The translations under genes and the position numbers were made by a program. Below the pieces are notes generated by a model, which was not told where the DNA came from, did no database searches, and worked only from the letters and a program-made list of their open reading frames with translations. A stretch of 64,000 nucleotides of DNA, taken from a virus (lineage: Duplodnaviria; Caudoviricetes). The first letter of the stretch is position 1, and every line of letters begins with the position of its first letter. This document shows positions 19,529 to 29,530 of the stretch, in pieces. The stretch lies in IMG/VR virus record IMGVR_UViG_3300020046_005360. The stretch is one strand, 5' to 3'.

Positions 19529-21907
19529 CTAAAGTAATCCTGCGCGATGCATGAGACGTTCTCGAAGGAATTGTTCTTCAAAGTCTTCTTCATCGTCCTG
19601 ATTATCAAGATGTGTATCTATCCTATCTGAAACATATTCTAGATCTTGTAATTCTTCTGGAGTAAGTTCATCCATTCGAATAATATATTTATCAAACCAT
19701 TTTTGGTCAACACCTTTATCTTTCATAAGTTGTTTTAATGGGTTTGGATTATTTACTTTAATTTCTTTAATTTGGTTTATTGATTTAGAAATTTTATAAT
19801 TATTTAAATCATCTTTAGGGATAAATATATGAACATCTTCATCATTTTTATGATAAAATATATAATCTCCTTGATCTTCACCATCGAAAATATAATCATA
19901 TTTTCCATAATCCCCATCATATTCGTATATATCATATATATTTCCTTTTTGGAGATAAAATGGTTTATTGATTTTAATTTCTTTTATATCACTTTTACCA
20001 CTATTAATTTCAAGTTCAGATGAAGGGTATACTCTTCTTGGATCACTACTGAAATCTGGGTATCCACTTATTAAAGGTGTACCTGCTACAGAAGAAGTAT
20101 TTCCATCTATACCTTTTTGTACTACTTTGTTATTTTCATCAACTAAAACCCAATCTTCATAACTATAGTCTTCACCTTTTAGGGGTAGGAGTACTAATTT
20201 TCTACCTTTATCTTCTATAATATAAGGAAGAGCGTATAATAGAGTTGAATATTGTTCTTTCCCATTTACTTTTTCAGCTAAGTTTGTAATAACTTTACGT
20301 TCTTCGGGACTAAGTTGATTCCACTCTTTGGCTGTAATAGGTTTTGGGTTAATATCTTGAACAGGCATATCTGCAGAAGTAGATAATTCTTCGTCACCAA
20401 TATTTGTATCCTTACCAAATTCCCAAGGTGTAAACAGTTTTGAATAAATTTCAAATATTTGTTTTTGTTTTGGATCCTTAATATACTTAATAGCTTGAGG
20501 AGGTAAGTAATCTAGATTTTTTAATTGTTTTTGTACATAATTTTCTGTAGCTTTGGGGCCAAAGAATTTTTCTATATATTCAAATGTAAGATTGTCGTCG
20601 AATGTTTCTAGATATTTTTGTTTAGCTTCGTCATCTAAAAATTTAACGTAAGGTAAAGGTATAGGATCCTTAGAATAATTTGTATGTCTGAAACGGAATG
20701 CTGCATATCTTTTTGCTAGTCCTTCGTTATCTTTTAAGTCCGCATAAGGGAATTTTTGACCATAATTTATGGCTAAGTTCTTTAATTCTTTATCTAATAT
20801 TTTAAGAATTTCAGGTGATAAAGATCCCGCATTAGCTTGAACATAATTTTGTTTATCTTCGTAATCTAACTCACGGAAGTCATTTGCAGATAATCTTTTA
20901 CCTCGCATTGCGGCACCAGAAATCTCAGCTTTAGAAGGATCAACATATTTAAAAATATGTTCTAAATGTCCTATTTTAGGCCAAACTGGTGGAGCTGTTG
21001 TTTTAAGTTTTTCCCAAGGATGAAATTCTTTATCTCCACTATTTTTTGCATCTGTAATCCAATATTTTTTATTTCCTTCACCAACATGAATTACAAAAGC
21101 GTGATATGGATCTGTATCGGGGAGACTTCTATCAAATACGAAATAAAACATACGGTTTGTACCTTCCATAAAACGATACCTATCATACATTGTATTAGAT
21201 GGTTGAGCTATACACCAACCATATTTTTTCCTACCACCTTCGGAAGGATTATAAGCGATACATTTATGTTGTGCATCTCCTTTATAAATTTCGATACCAT
21301 CTTTATCATACACTTTATCTGCGTCTGTAGTAGCGGTATTTTGATCACCTTCTTCCCCAACTTTAGCTTGCATAGGGAATAAAGCATCTAACATATGTTC
21401 CATCTGACCAAAATCCCAAGCACGAGGGTCTAGATATGCATCGTTAGGAATAAGACGTTTTGGGACTAATTTTTGTACTTCTTCTTTGCTATAATTTCCA
21501 TCTTCGGTTCCGTTCGCTAAGGCGTATTTAAGGTTACGTCTGTTATTCATAAAACGAATTACGTAGCTCGTTACATCACCTTTATCCATACGTTCTTTTT
21601 CTACGAACATCTGGATAGCATCTTTTTTTATCTTATCCTCTTTTTCAGGTAAGGAACGCAGTAAGTTAACCATATCAGCCCAAGAATACTTATCTATATT
21701 AAGATAATTTTGACCTGTTTTTAGTTCGTCGCTAAGGGCTACTTGTTGTAGTTTAGAAGATAAACCTGATTTAATCTGATCAAAACGTTGTATTACTTGT
21801 CTTGCAAGATTATCGTCGATTTGAGGTGATGTTTTCTTCCATCTATCTATTGTAGTTTGGATAGTCTTGTCTGAGTATTCTAGTATTAATATATCTGTTA
21901 GTTTCAT
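19529..21907 (-). CDS. Large hypothetical protein with MKLTDILILE leader, WCI-motif domain and two C-terminal EIK[IV]NxP modules
   Basis: GWCIAQ...YDRYR...FYFVFD; EIKINKP and EIKVNNP; ends RLMHRAGLL. Confidence 0.65.
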   Translation of the reverse strand: MKLTDILILEYSDKTIQTTIDRWKKTSPQIDDNLARQVIQRFDQIKSGLSSKLQQVALSDELKTGQNYLNIDKYSWADMVNLLRSLPEKEDKIKKDAIQMFVEKERMDKGDVTSYVIRFMNNRRNLKYALANGTEDGNYSKEEVQKLVPKRLIPNDAYLDPRAWDFGQMEHMLDALFPMQAKVGEEGDQNTATTDADKVYDKDGIEIYKGDAQHKCIAYNPSEGGRKKYGWCIAQPSNTMYDRYRFMEGTNRMFYFVFDRSLPDTDPYHAFVIHVGEGNKKYWITDAKNSGDKEFHPWEKLKTTAPPVWPKIGHLEHIFKYVDPSKAEISGAAMRGKRLSANDFRELDYEDKQNYVQANAGSLSPEILKILDKELKNLAINYGQKFPYADLKDNEGLAKRYAAFRFRHTNYSKDPIPLPYVKFLDDEAKQKYLETFDDNLTFEYIEKFFGPKATENYVQKQLKNLDYLPPQAIKYIKDPKQKQIFEIYSKLFTPWEFGKDTNIGDEELSTSADMPVQDINPKPITAKEWNQLSPEERKVITNLAEKVNGKEQYSTLLYALPYIIEDKGRKLVLLPLKGEDYSYEDWVLVDENNKVVQKGIDGNTSSVAGTPLISGYPDFSSDPRRVYPSSELEINSGKSDIKEIKINKPFYLQKGNIYDIYEYDGDYGKYDYIFDGEDQGDYIFYHKNDEDVHIFIPKDDLNNYKISKSINQIKEIKVNNPNPLKQLMKDKGVDQKWFDKYIIRMDELTPEELQDLEYVSDRIDTHLDNQDDEEDFEEQFLRERLMHRAGLL

Positions 21908-21910
21908 TGT

Positions 21911-22183
21911 TTAATATTTAGGATATAAACCTGTTTTAATAAAAGTTAAATTATGATCAAAATCATTTTGATCAAGATAACCAATATTAATTAAATAATT
22001 CACTGCATCTTCTGGAGTATTCTGGTCCTTAAAGTCTAATATTTCATGGGGTTCATACTCCTGGTCTTGCATACTTAATATATTATCTTCTTTCCATTCA
22101 TTAAAATATGGATATATAGGATTGTTTACTTTTATTTCAGTTATTATACCAGCTAGTTGTTGTAATCTTTTTATTTCGTTCAT
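21911..22183 (-). CDS. Minimal cargo unit: MNEIKRLQQLAGI leader + EIKVNNP module
   Basis: Direct translation; acidic payload. Confidence 0.7.
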   Translation of the reverse strand: MNEIKRLQQLAGIITEIKVNNPIYPYFNEWKEDNILSMQDQEYEPHEILDFKDQNTPEDAVNYLINIGYLDQNDFDHNLTFIKTGLYPKY

Positions 22184-22229
22184 GATAGTTTTAAATATTA
22201 ATTAATCTTCTTTAGGGAGGTTATATATT

Positions 22230-24098
22230 TTAAATATTTTTTATATTAATAATATCATCTTTAGAAATGGTTAAATAATGATCATTATCATCATCATCTT
22301 CATTATTCATATTAATATTTCGATTCCCAACAATAGCAGGTTTAGAATACGGATTTAGTTCATTGGGCGTTTTATTAACTATTATTAATTTTTCCATATT
22401 ACCATTTTTTATTTTGAAACTATATACATCTCCTATCTTTAAATTTTCGAATTTAATTGATTCAGGATTGTTTACTTTTATTTCATCAATCCCTTCTTGA
22501 TCATAATCATCAGCTTTTAAATCGAAAGATATATCTTTTAATGTAGAGTCAACCCATCTTTTTTGTTTTGGAGATAATTCTTCATTAATAGCGTTTTCTA
22601 CGAAATCTATAAAATCACCATCTTCAAGTTGATATACTTCGGAAAAGAAGAATTCTCGTATACGAGGATCAGAGTGTGGTGAGTCTGCAAAAATATCATT
22701 TAATGCATCAAAAATATGTTTACCAAACTTAATATCATGCAACTCATTTGATAAGGTATCTACTTTATCTACAACTCCTTGATTAGCTTCTTTATCACCT
22801 TTAAAACCTTGTAATGAAACTAATTCATATAAACCTTTAATTATTTCATGAACTAACATTGGAAAACAAATAGCGCGAGCACGAATTGTTATACCGGATT
22901 CTTGTTGTTCGTTTAGTCTATCTAATTCATTTTTTATCCATTCAGGATTATTTAATTTTTCTCCTTGTTTTTGGATAATTTTTTGTTTATATTTTTTTGA
23001 ATAACAAGGAGTATTATCTATAGCTTTATTAAATACATTAATGGTATTTTCATAGTCTTTAGTGTATTTAGGAGTTAATAATTTTTGAATGAATTGTTTT
23101 AATTTATCTTTATTCCAATCTTCTAATCCATTAAATCCCAAAGATCCACCCCAATGAGAAAAATCATTTGCCATATTATAAACATTATCTTCTTTATCAT
23201 ATATATTATCCCCATTCATGCTTAATATATTATTCTTAAGCATTTTAAATAATATAGGATTTTGTTTTAAAAAATCAACCCAAGATTCATCAAAAAAACA
23301 TTCTAATATTAATTTAGGTTGTTTTACTTTTATCTCATTAATAATAACTTTACTTGAACCCCCAGCAGCTTTATGACCTTGAGCTAATAAAGATAATAAC
23401 ATTGCTATAGCATTATCATCATCATAAATCCCAAATGAATTTTTCATTATTTGGTTATATTTGTCTATAAGAGTAGGGTCGATTGCGTCAAGATAATCTT
23501 TAAATAGATAGAATGAGAAAGCACCACGTAGTGCTGCACCTTGAGTAATTCCATTTATTATACGGCGACGAGATTCAGGGGATATTTCTTCGTTTATAAA
23601 GGGAATAAATTCTTTTAATCTAGATGTTGGATTTTTTTTAATTAGATTTAAAATCCTCTCTGAAGGTATGTCTCCTAATATATTTTGTGTTTCTTCAACA
23701 AAATGAAGTATCCATTCTTTTTCTCTACCTTTAATAGGTCTTCCTCCTTTACTTGATAATTTTATAAATGTATTTAAAATATCACCATCAGAAATAGGTT
23801 TGTTTATTTTTATTTCATCCAATTCTGAATGAATATCGCTCATTGGAACAATTTTAGCATCCAACTTTATCCCCTCTTCTTCAACAATAGGATATAAATC
23901 TTCTATCATTTGAATAGCAAGTTGTTCTAATTGATCTTTATATGGAGCTTCTGCCTTAGAGATGTCATCCAATAATTCTTGTGATTGAATCATTGTTTGC
24001 ATAAGTGTTTTATCACCAAGCATCGATTTAAGATTTTCTTGGGATTTTTTATTTAGCTTAGCTAGGGTTGAGGGCTTAAATATTTGATTATACTCCAT
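22230..24098 (-). CDS. Hypothetical protein with two internal and one terminal EIK[IV]xxP modules
   Basis: EIKINKP, EIKVKQP and EIKVNNP. Confidence 0.65.
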   Translation of the reverse strand: MEYNQIFKPSTLAKLNKKSQENLKSMLGDKTLMQTMIQSQELLDDISKAEAPYKDQLEQLAIQMIEDLYPIVEEEGIKLDAKIVPMSDIHSELDEIKINKPISDGDILNTFIKLSSKGGRPIKGREKEWILHFVEETQNILGDIPSERILNLIKKNPTSRLKEFIPFINEEISPESRRRIINGITQGAALRGAFSFYLFKDYLDAIDPTLIDKYNQIMKNSFGIYDDDNAIAMLLSLLAQGHKAAGGSSKVIINEIKVKQPKLILECFFDESWVDFLKQNPILFKMLKNNILSMNGDNIYDKEDNVYNMANDFSHWGGSLGFNGLEDWNKDKLKQFIQKLLTPKYTKDYENTINVFNKAIDNTPCYSKKYKQKIIQKQGEKLNNPEWIKNELDRLNEQQESGITIRARAICFPMLVHEIIKGLYELVSLQGFKGDKEANQGVVDKVDTLSNELHDIKFGKHIFDALNDIFADSPHSDPRIREFFFSEVYQLEDGDFIDFVENAINEELSPKQKRWVDSTLKDISFDLKADDYDQEGIDEIKVNNPESIKFENLKIGDVYSFKIKNGNMEKLIIVNKTPNELNPYSKPAIVGNRNINMNNEDDDDNDHYLTISKDDIINIKNI

Positions 24099-24346
24099 TA
24101 TTTTAATTTTTGGAAACGGTCTGCTATTTTTTGAGCTATATCTTGTTCGTTTTCTTTAATTACACCTTCTGCCTTAGGGCGTGTGGAAGGTGCTTCGGTT
24201 GGTGGAGTTAATGTACGTCTCTTTGGTTTACGTTCTGGAGTGTCAGTTTCTGGTTTAACGATTGTTTCACGTTCAGGTGCAACTCTTTGAGGTTGAGTAC
24301 TTCTTACTACCTCTTTAATTATTTGTTTTAATTCGCTACGTTTCAT
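24098..24346 (-). CDS. Small Pro-rich protein with MKRSELKQIIKE leader
   Basis: ORF track; leader shared with other ORFs. Confidence 0.6.
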   Translation of the reverse strand: MKRSELKQIIKEVVRSTQPQRVAPERETIVKPETDTPERKPKRRTLTPPTEAPSTRPKAEGVIKENEQDIAQKIADRFQKLK

Positions 24347-24359
24347 ATTTTATTTTAAA

Positions 24360-25910
24360 TTATTTGTTTAATAAAATTTCTAAGTCTTTATATAATTGTG
24401 TTTTCTCTTCTTGATCTAAAATATTAAAAATTTTTTCATTTTTGATTGGATTTAAAAATACACCCTCACTAAAACCATATTTATTTCCTAATTCTTCAAG
24501 TTCTTCATCTATCTCAGGAAACGTGTCATTTTCTTCAAAATAATCTTCAATTTTATTATGTAATGAATTATATAAATCCATAAGTTTTTTAGAATCAATT
24601 AATGGATTATTTATCTTTATTTCCGAAAGTATTCCAGCTAATTGTTGTAATCTTTTTATTTCGTTCATTGTATTTAAATTATTTTTTTCTAAATATAGAA
24701 TACCATTTTTTTCTTTAACATTATAATGACCCCAACTATTTTTTTCAATATATTGTTTATAGGTATTATTTCTTTTTTTATGAATATCACTAGGGATATC
24801 ACGATCAGGATAATTTATAATTATAACATTTGGGTCATATTTACTAAAATATTTTTTAGCAACATTAAAAACATTATTTAATATTTTTAAATATAATTGT
24901 ATATTAGATTGTTCTCCAGTATTTCTTAATTTGGTAGTACCATATTCTTCATTAACAGAAAAAGATAATATACCAACTTTTTGAAATTTTTCGGGTATTT
25001 CATCTTTTAAATCTTCATAAAAATGTTTGTCTCCAGTCATTAAATTTTGTAAATGAGTTCCATATATTTTATCTATATATTCAAATGATACTGTAGGATT
25101 TACAGATAAAATAACTTCTATAGTATTACCATCTACAGTAAATGTTGATTTAGTAGTATTAGATACATCCTCAAATGCTTGTGTTTGTTTTTCATCTGTA
25201 GGATTTAATTCTTGGTTTATTTTTATTTCTCTTAAAAATGGGTCGATCTTGTACTTCTTACCGTCCATATGAAGTGTCTTTAAACCATCCAAATTTAACA
25301 TTCTGTAGCCCTTAGGACCATTTCCAATTTTAAGGTCGTATACGGGAACAAGTCCTTTATCTTTGGGACTATATGGAAGTTCTCCACCAGACGTATACTT
25401 GCGCACACCTGTAAGGCCATTCATTGCGCGTAGTGATCCGTCTCCTCGTTTAGTGAATACAGCTTGGAATATTTTTCCTTTAAAGGAAAGTAATTCACGT
25501 GCTTGTTCTTTACTTATAGTAGTATACTCGGCTTGTTTTTTCTCTATTTCTGGAGAAATAGGTTCATCTGGAACAGGTATAGTTTCAGGGGCTACTTCTA
25601 CATCAGGTTCAACTGTAATTTCTTCTTCATCACTCTTTGGGATAAGTTCGTCGTCTGAAATTTTTATATTTTCCGGTTCTTCTTTAGGAACAGGAATAGT
25701 TTCAGGTTCTAATTCTACATCCTCTTCGTCTTTGTCTTTGTCTTTGTCTTTGTCCTCATCTTGTTCATTAAGACCTTGTGGAAATGTCTTTTTGTAATCT
25801 AAAACAGCTATTCTCTCCTTAATAACTCCATCGATATATTTTTTATCCCATTTTTTGTTTTGGGGATCTTGAAGGAGAATGTTTGATATGTCGGAAATTT
25901 TTATACTCAT
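24360..25910 (-). CDS. Mosaic protein: acidic linker, WYL-like SH3 domain, EIKINQ module and fused MNEIKRLQQLAGI-EIKINNP unit
   Basis: 'FTKRGDGSLRAM...VYDL...GYRM' resembles the DUF2693/WYL-like fold; DK microsatellite. Confidence 0.55.
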   Translation of the reverse strand: MSIKISDISNILLQDPQNKKWDKKYIDGVIKERIAVLDYKKTFPQGLNEQDEDKDKDKDKDEEDVELEPETIPVPKEEPENIKISDDELIPKSDEEEITVEPDVEVAPETIPVPDEPISPEIEKKQAEYTTISKEQARELLSFKGKIFQAVFTKRGDGSLRAMNGLTGVRKYTSGGELPYSPKDKGLVPVYDLKIGNGPKGYRMLNLDGLKTLHMDGKKYKIDPFLREIKINQELNPTDEKQTQAFEDVSNTTKSTFTVDGNTIEVILSVNPTVSFEYIDKIYGTHLQNLMTGDKHFYEDLKDEIPEKFQKVGILSFSVNEEYGTTKLRNTGEQSNIQLYLKILNNVFNVAKKYFSKYDPNVIIINYPDRDIPSDIHKKRNNTYKQYIEKNSWGHYNVKEKNGILYLEKNNLNTMNEIKRLQQLAGILSEIKINNPLIDSKKLMDLYNSLHNKIEDYFEENDTFPEIDEELEELGNKYGFSEGVFLNPIKNEKIFNILDQEEKTQLYKDLEILLNK

Positions 25911-25911
25911 T

Positions 25912-26205
25912 TTATTTTGATGGAGTTATTTTTGTTAATTCATCTTCCCAAAATTCTATTATATTACCACCATCTTCTTCATCCCAATCATCTTCAAAAC
26001 CATTTGGATCCATTTTAAAAAATGCAGACTTATTATTTTCAACAGGATTATAACCATCAAATTCAACCCCAGTTTCTGATATATTTTCTCCTTCCAAATC
26101 ATATTTTTCTCCTAATCTTAAATTAGAGAATTTTACGTTTGGATTATTTACTTTAATTTCAGTTAATATGTCAGCTAGTTGTTGTAATCTTTGTATTTCG
26201 TTCAT
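25912..26205 (-). CDS. Minimal cargo unit: MNEIQRLQQLADI leader + EIKVNNP module
   Basis: Direct translation; very acidic payload. Confidence 0.7.
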   Translation of the reverse strand: MNEIQRLQQLADILTEIKVNNPNVKFSNLRLGEKYDLEGENISETGVEFDGYNPVENNKSAFFKMDPNGFEDDWDEEDGGNIIEFWEDELTKITPSK

Positions 26206-27509
26206 GATAATTTTAAATAAACAGAGCTTTCGTCTAATTCGCTGCTCGCATAAGAGATAATTTCTGTAAGTATATTATTTTGTATATCTTTAGGTTGAGA
26301 TTCTATAATAGATAAAAATTGTAATCCCATCATTTTAGAAACTCTCCAGTCAATATTTTTTTCCTGTATAAATATATCAATATCCTCCTTAGATTTATTT
26401 TCTATAAATTCATTAAATAGCGAATGAAATATTTGTTTTGTAAGTTCATAGTCTTCCCACAATATTTTATAATGTTTAGAAGTCCTAAATGAATTTATAT
26501 TATGTTTTTCTAAGATAGTGTTAATTGGACCAAAACCAATCTTACCATGCGACGCTGTCTTTCCCAAAATTTCACCAGCCCAATTTGTAGCATGATTAAA
26601 TGTACGAAAATAAATTCGACCTCCATCGTATAATAAAGAAATATCTTTACTTTTTGAAGTGGTTTTATATCCTAAATATTGGTACTTTTTTTTATTATCT
26701 TTATCCATATTCTTTACTTCTAATTTAGGGTTTTTACCTAGTTTCTTTAAACTGACTCCTATTATCTCCTTATTTTGGAACATGTCTTTTACTTGATTAT
26801 TTAATTCTTCTATACTGGATGAAAATCGGGTATCTAACGCGCTGTCTTTTACAATCCATACATCGCTTGGATTCCATTTATCCGATTGATATTTTACGCC
26901 TGTACTCGCGTATTTCGCGTATAGATCGTTTATGAGTGGAGAGTCTCTATGATGAGTATAATTAGATTCGCTTACATAGCTATAGAGTATATTGGAACTA
27001 GTTATAAAGGATTGTTTCCACGATTCGTTTTGTGAAAATTTATATACTTCGTCTAATGGAGTTGTAGTTTGACAGTATTGATATGATTCAGATATTGTAG
27101 TGAAAGTAATATCTTCGGGTTTAATTTCTTGTCCTTTTAAATGTGAAAGAGAATTAAAAACACATTGAGTGGATTCTTGTACTGCTGTATTCTTTGAACC
27201 AGCACCCTGACCTCCTCCAGCACCGAATTCAACTGTTTTTTTAAATTCAGAAAGGGATCTCCATACAGCACCTTCACAACAGAATAATTTTTTACCACCA
27301 CCTAATTCTTTATAATTTTTTTCTAACAAAAGGAGGACTCCAGGTGATGATTTTGATATAGTTGAAAAAGAACCATCTGTTAATTCAAATGGTTCTTCTT
27401 TATTTATTTTATCTAAAAATCTTTCACCTCGATCTTGATATAAACTATAAAACTCGTGATTAGAGTGATAAGGTTTAGAGAGTTGAGTTGGTGATAAACT
27501 TACACTCAT
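26202..27509 (-). CDS. Putative PD-(D/E)xK-like nuclease
   Basis: QE...DKWNPSDVW...IIGVSLKK pattern suggests a restriction-endonuclease-like fold. Confidence 0.45.
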   Translation of the reverse strand: MSVSLSPTQLSKPYHSNHEFYSLYQDRGERFLDKINKEEPFELTDGSFSTISKSSPGVLLLLEKNYKELGGGKKLFCCEGAVWRSLSEFKKTVEFGAGGGQGAGSKNTAVQESTQCVFNSLSHLKGQEIKPEDITFTTISESYQYCQTTTPLDEVYKFSQNESWKQSFITSSNILYSYVSESNYTHHRDSPLINDLYAKYASTGVKYQSDKWNPSDVWIVKDSALDTRFSSSIEELNNQVKDMFQNKEIIGVSLKKLGKNPKLEVKNMDKDNKKKYQYLGYKTTSKSKDISLLYDGGRIYFRTFNHATNWAGEILGKTASHGKIGFGPINTILEKHNINSFRTSKHYKILWEDYELTKQIFHSLFNEFIENKSKEDIDIFIQEKNIDWRVSKMMGLQFLSIIESQPKDIQNNILTEIISYASSELDESSVYLKLS

Positions 27510-27511
27510 AT

Positions 27512-28189
27512 TTAAGCTATTAATTGTTTTACTTCATCAATACCTTCTACGGCTGATTTAAATATTTTCTTCCATTCAAAGTCATATAAACCACAAGGTT
27601 CCGGATTTAGATAAATTATATTTTTATTATATTGAGTTATATTTGCTGATGGGTATACTTGTAGACTAGAACCTATTATAATTAGATGGTTTGATTTTCT
27701 AACTATATTTTTATATAGATGTGGTATATCTACTGGTAGTTGTTCTTCAAAAAGAACTGTGTTATGTCTAAGTTGTTCTTTGGTTATTGGATGTAAATCT
27801 CCTTCTTTAATATCTTCATTCCATTCATATGGGTTGTCTTTATTCCAATCACAAACTTCAAAAACATTTCCATGTAAATGAATTACATTAGTACTACCAG
27901 CCCTTTCATGTAAGTTATCTATATTTGTTGTAATAACAGTAACATCATGGTCTTTTTCTAATTCAGCTATAACTTTATGAGCGTAATTAGGTTCACAAGT
28001 TGAAATTAATTTTCTAGCATCATTATGGAAGTCAAGAACTTGAGTTAAAGCTATATCCAATCCTCTTCTTGATGCAACTAAGTTAACATCATATTTACTC
28101 CATAAACTATCTTCACTACCGCGAAAAGTTGGAATCCCACTTTCCTGTGAAATTCCAGCTCCGGTGAAGAATATTATTTTTTTCCTCAT
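27512..28189 (-). CDS. Sir2/CobB-family NAD-dependent deacylase
   Basis: GAGISQESGIPTFRG, TTNIDNLHERAG, HLHG and GSSLQVYP motifs. Confidence 0.92.
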   Translation of the reverse strand: MRKKIIFFTGAGISQESGIPTFRGSEDSLWSKYDVNLVASRRGLDIALTQVLDFHNDARKLISTCEPNYAHKVIAELEKDHDVTVITTNIDNLHERAGSTNVIHLHGNVFEVCDWNKDNPYEWNEDIKEGDLHPITKEQLRHNTVLFEEQLPVDIPHLYKNIVRKSNHLIIIGSSLQVYPSANITQYNKNIIYLNPEPCGLYDFEWKKIFKSAVEGIDEVKQLIA

Positions 28190-28192
28190 ATT

Positions 28193-29530
28193 TTATTTGT
28201 TAATTAAAAGTATTTCAGGTCCCATTTCTTTAATTTGAATTTGTGGATATTTTTCTTTACAAATTTCAGCACATTTTAAAAATATTCTACGTCTATATTC
28301 ACTTATAGGGTGGAGTTTTATTAGTTGTGGTGTTTTATTTATCAAATATTTTGGGATTATTTCATCTCTAATGATTTTACATATAGTATTAGACCTCATT
28401 TCATCTTTTCCACCTACCAACCCATCCTCAGGATTAATACTTCCAATCATTTTATCATAATCGTAAACTTCTATCCATTCTCCTTTTTTATTTTTTAAAA
28501 CAAAATAAGATTCTATATATTTAGATGAAGGATCAAAACTAACTTCTAATTTATTTCCATACTTATCCTCGAAACCCCAATGATTACTAATGTCTTCAGA
28601 ATAATTATAAGCCATATCAGGATCGGCAAGTTCCATAAATATTTCAGTGTCCGTATGAGATATAGAATCAGACTCATTTAAACCGATACATTCTTTTTGT
28701 ATTCTAGCTTCAATTAAATTTTTCTTTCTAAAAATAGAAGAATCTTTATTTTCTCTTATTATTCTAAACCTAATTGGTTTCTTTACTTGTACTTCTTTAT
28801 CTTCTTGTAATTCAGCTTCCTCTTCTTCAGGAGCTTCTTCATTAGGTACTTCTGAAGTATCAACACCATCTAAATCTAAATTTTCGTCCCCAGGTTCCGC
28901 TGTCATATCTTGGACAAATTGGTCCTTCATGTCGGTCTCGTTTTCAATCTCTTCACCAGGACCTGCACTACCAGGAGGTAGTCCTTGTAGTAATAGGTTT
29001 GATATAGCTTTTATAGCATATTCTTCATCTTTTAAGTTCATTAAATGATAAACTTTTCCAGACACTTTTGCCATATAAGCTTTTGGGTTATAAATTAAGA
29101 GAAAATTACGTCCGTTATGTAAAAGTATTTTAAATGTAGTTGGTTTGGGGCTTACAACAAATATACTTGTTATATAATCTTTATACACAGGAGACATTAA
29201 GTCTGTAAGTGTAGCTTCGAGTGAAGGATATTTTTGAAGAATATATTCGGTTGGATCTTTTTCAAATTCAAGTGTTTCTTGTCTTTGATTCTCAATAGCG
29301 TTATCTATCTCTTCTCTAAGTATGCTTTTTAAATCCATTTCTTGAATAATTTTACTACCAATTTTTAATATACCTTTATAAGATTTAGGTTGTTTAGTTG
29401 AACCATCATTTTCTTTGAACCAACCCCAACCATCATTTTGGTGATGATTTTGCCAATAAAGTTTATCTCCATTTTTGAAGGTAACTAAATCTCCGAAATT
29501 TAATTTTGGTGGAGTATATTTTTTACCCAT
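28193..29530 (-). CDS. Hypothetical multi-domain protein
   Basis: Internal MDLKSILREEI leader-like segment, acidic linker, LxE sites. Confidence 0.55.
   Translation of the reverse strand: MGKKYTPPKLNFGDLVTFKNGDKLYWQNHHQNDGWGWFKENDGSTKQPKSYKGILKIGSKIIQEMDLKSILREEIDNAIENQRQETLEFEKDPTEYILQKYPSLEATLTDLMSPVYKDYITSIFVVSPKPTTFKILLHNGRNFLLIYNPKAYMAKVSGKVYHLMNLKDEEYAIKAISNLLLQGLPPGSAGPGEEIENETDMKDQFVQDMTAEPGDENLDLDGVDTSEVPNEEAPEEEEAELQEDKEVQVKKPIRFRIIRENKDSSIFRKKNLIEARIQKECIGLNESDSISHTDTEIFMELADPDMAYNYSEDISNHWGFEDKYGNKLEVSFDPSSKYIESYFVLKNKKGEWIEVYDYDKMIGSINPEDGLVGGKDEMRSNTICKIIRDEIIPKYLINKTPQLIKLHPISEYRRRIFLKCAEICKEKYPQIQIKEMGPEILLINK

Noticed and set aside
22908-23813. EIK modules as inteins
   Set aside because: No N-terminal C/S, no terminal HN and no Hint motifs.
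25728-25755. (GTCTTT)n microsatellite
   Set aside because: Encodes a DKDKDK low-complexity linker in frame; ordinary slippage.
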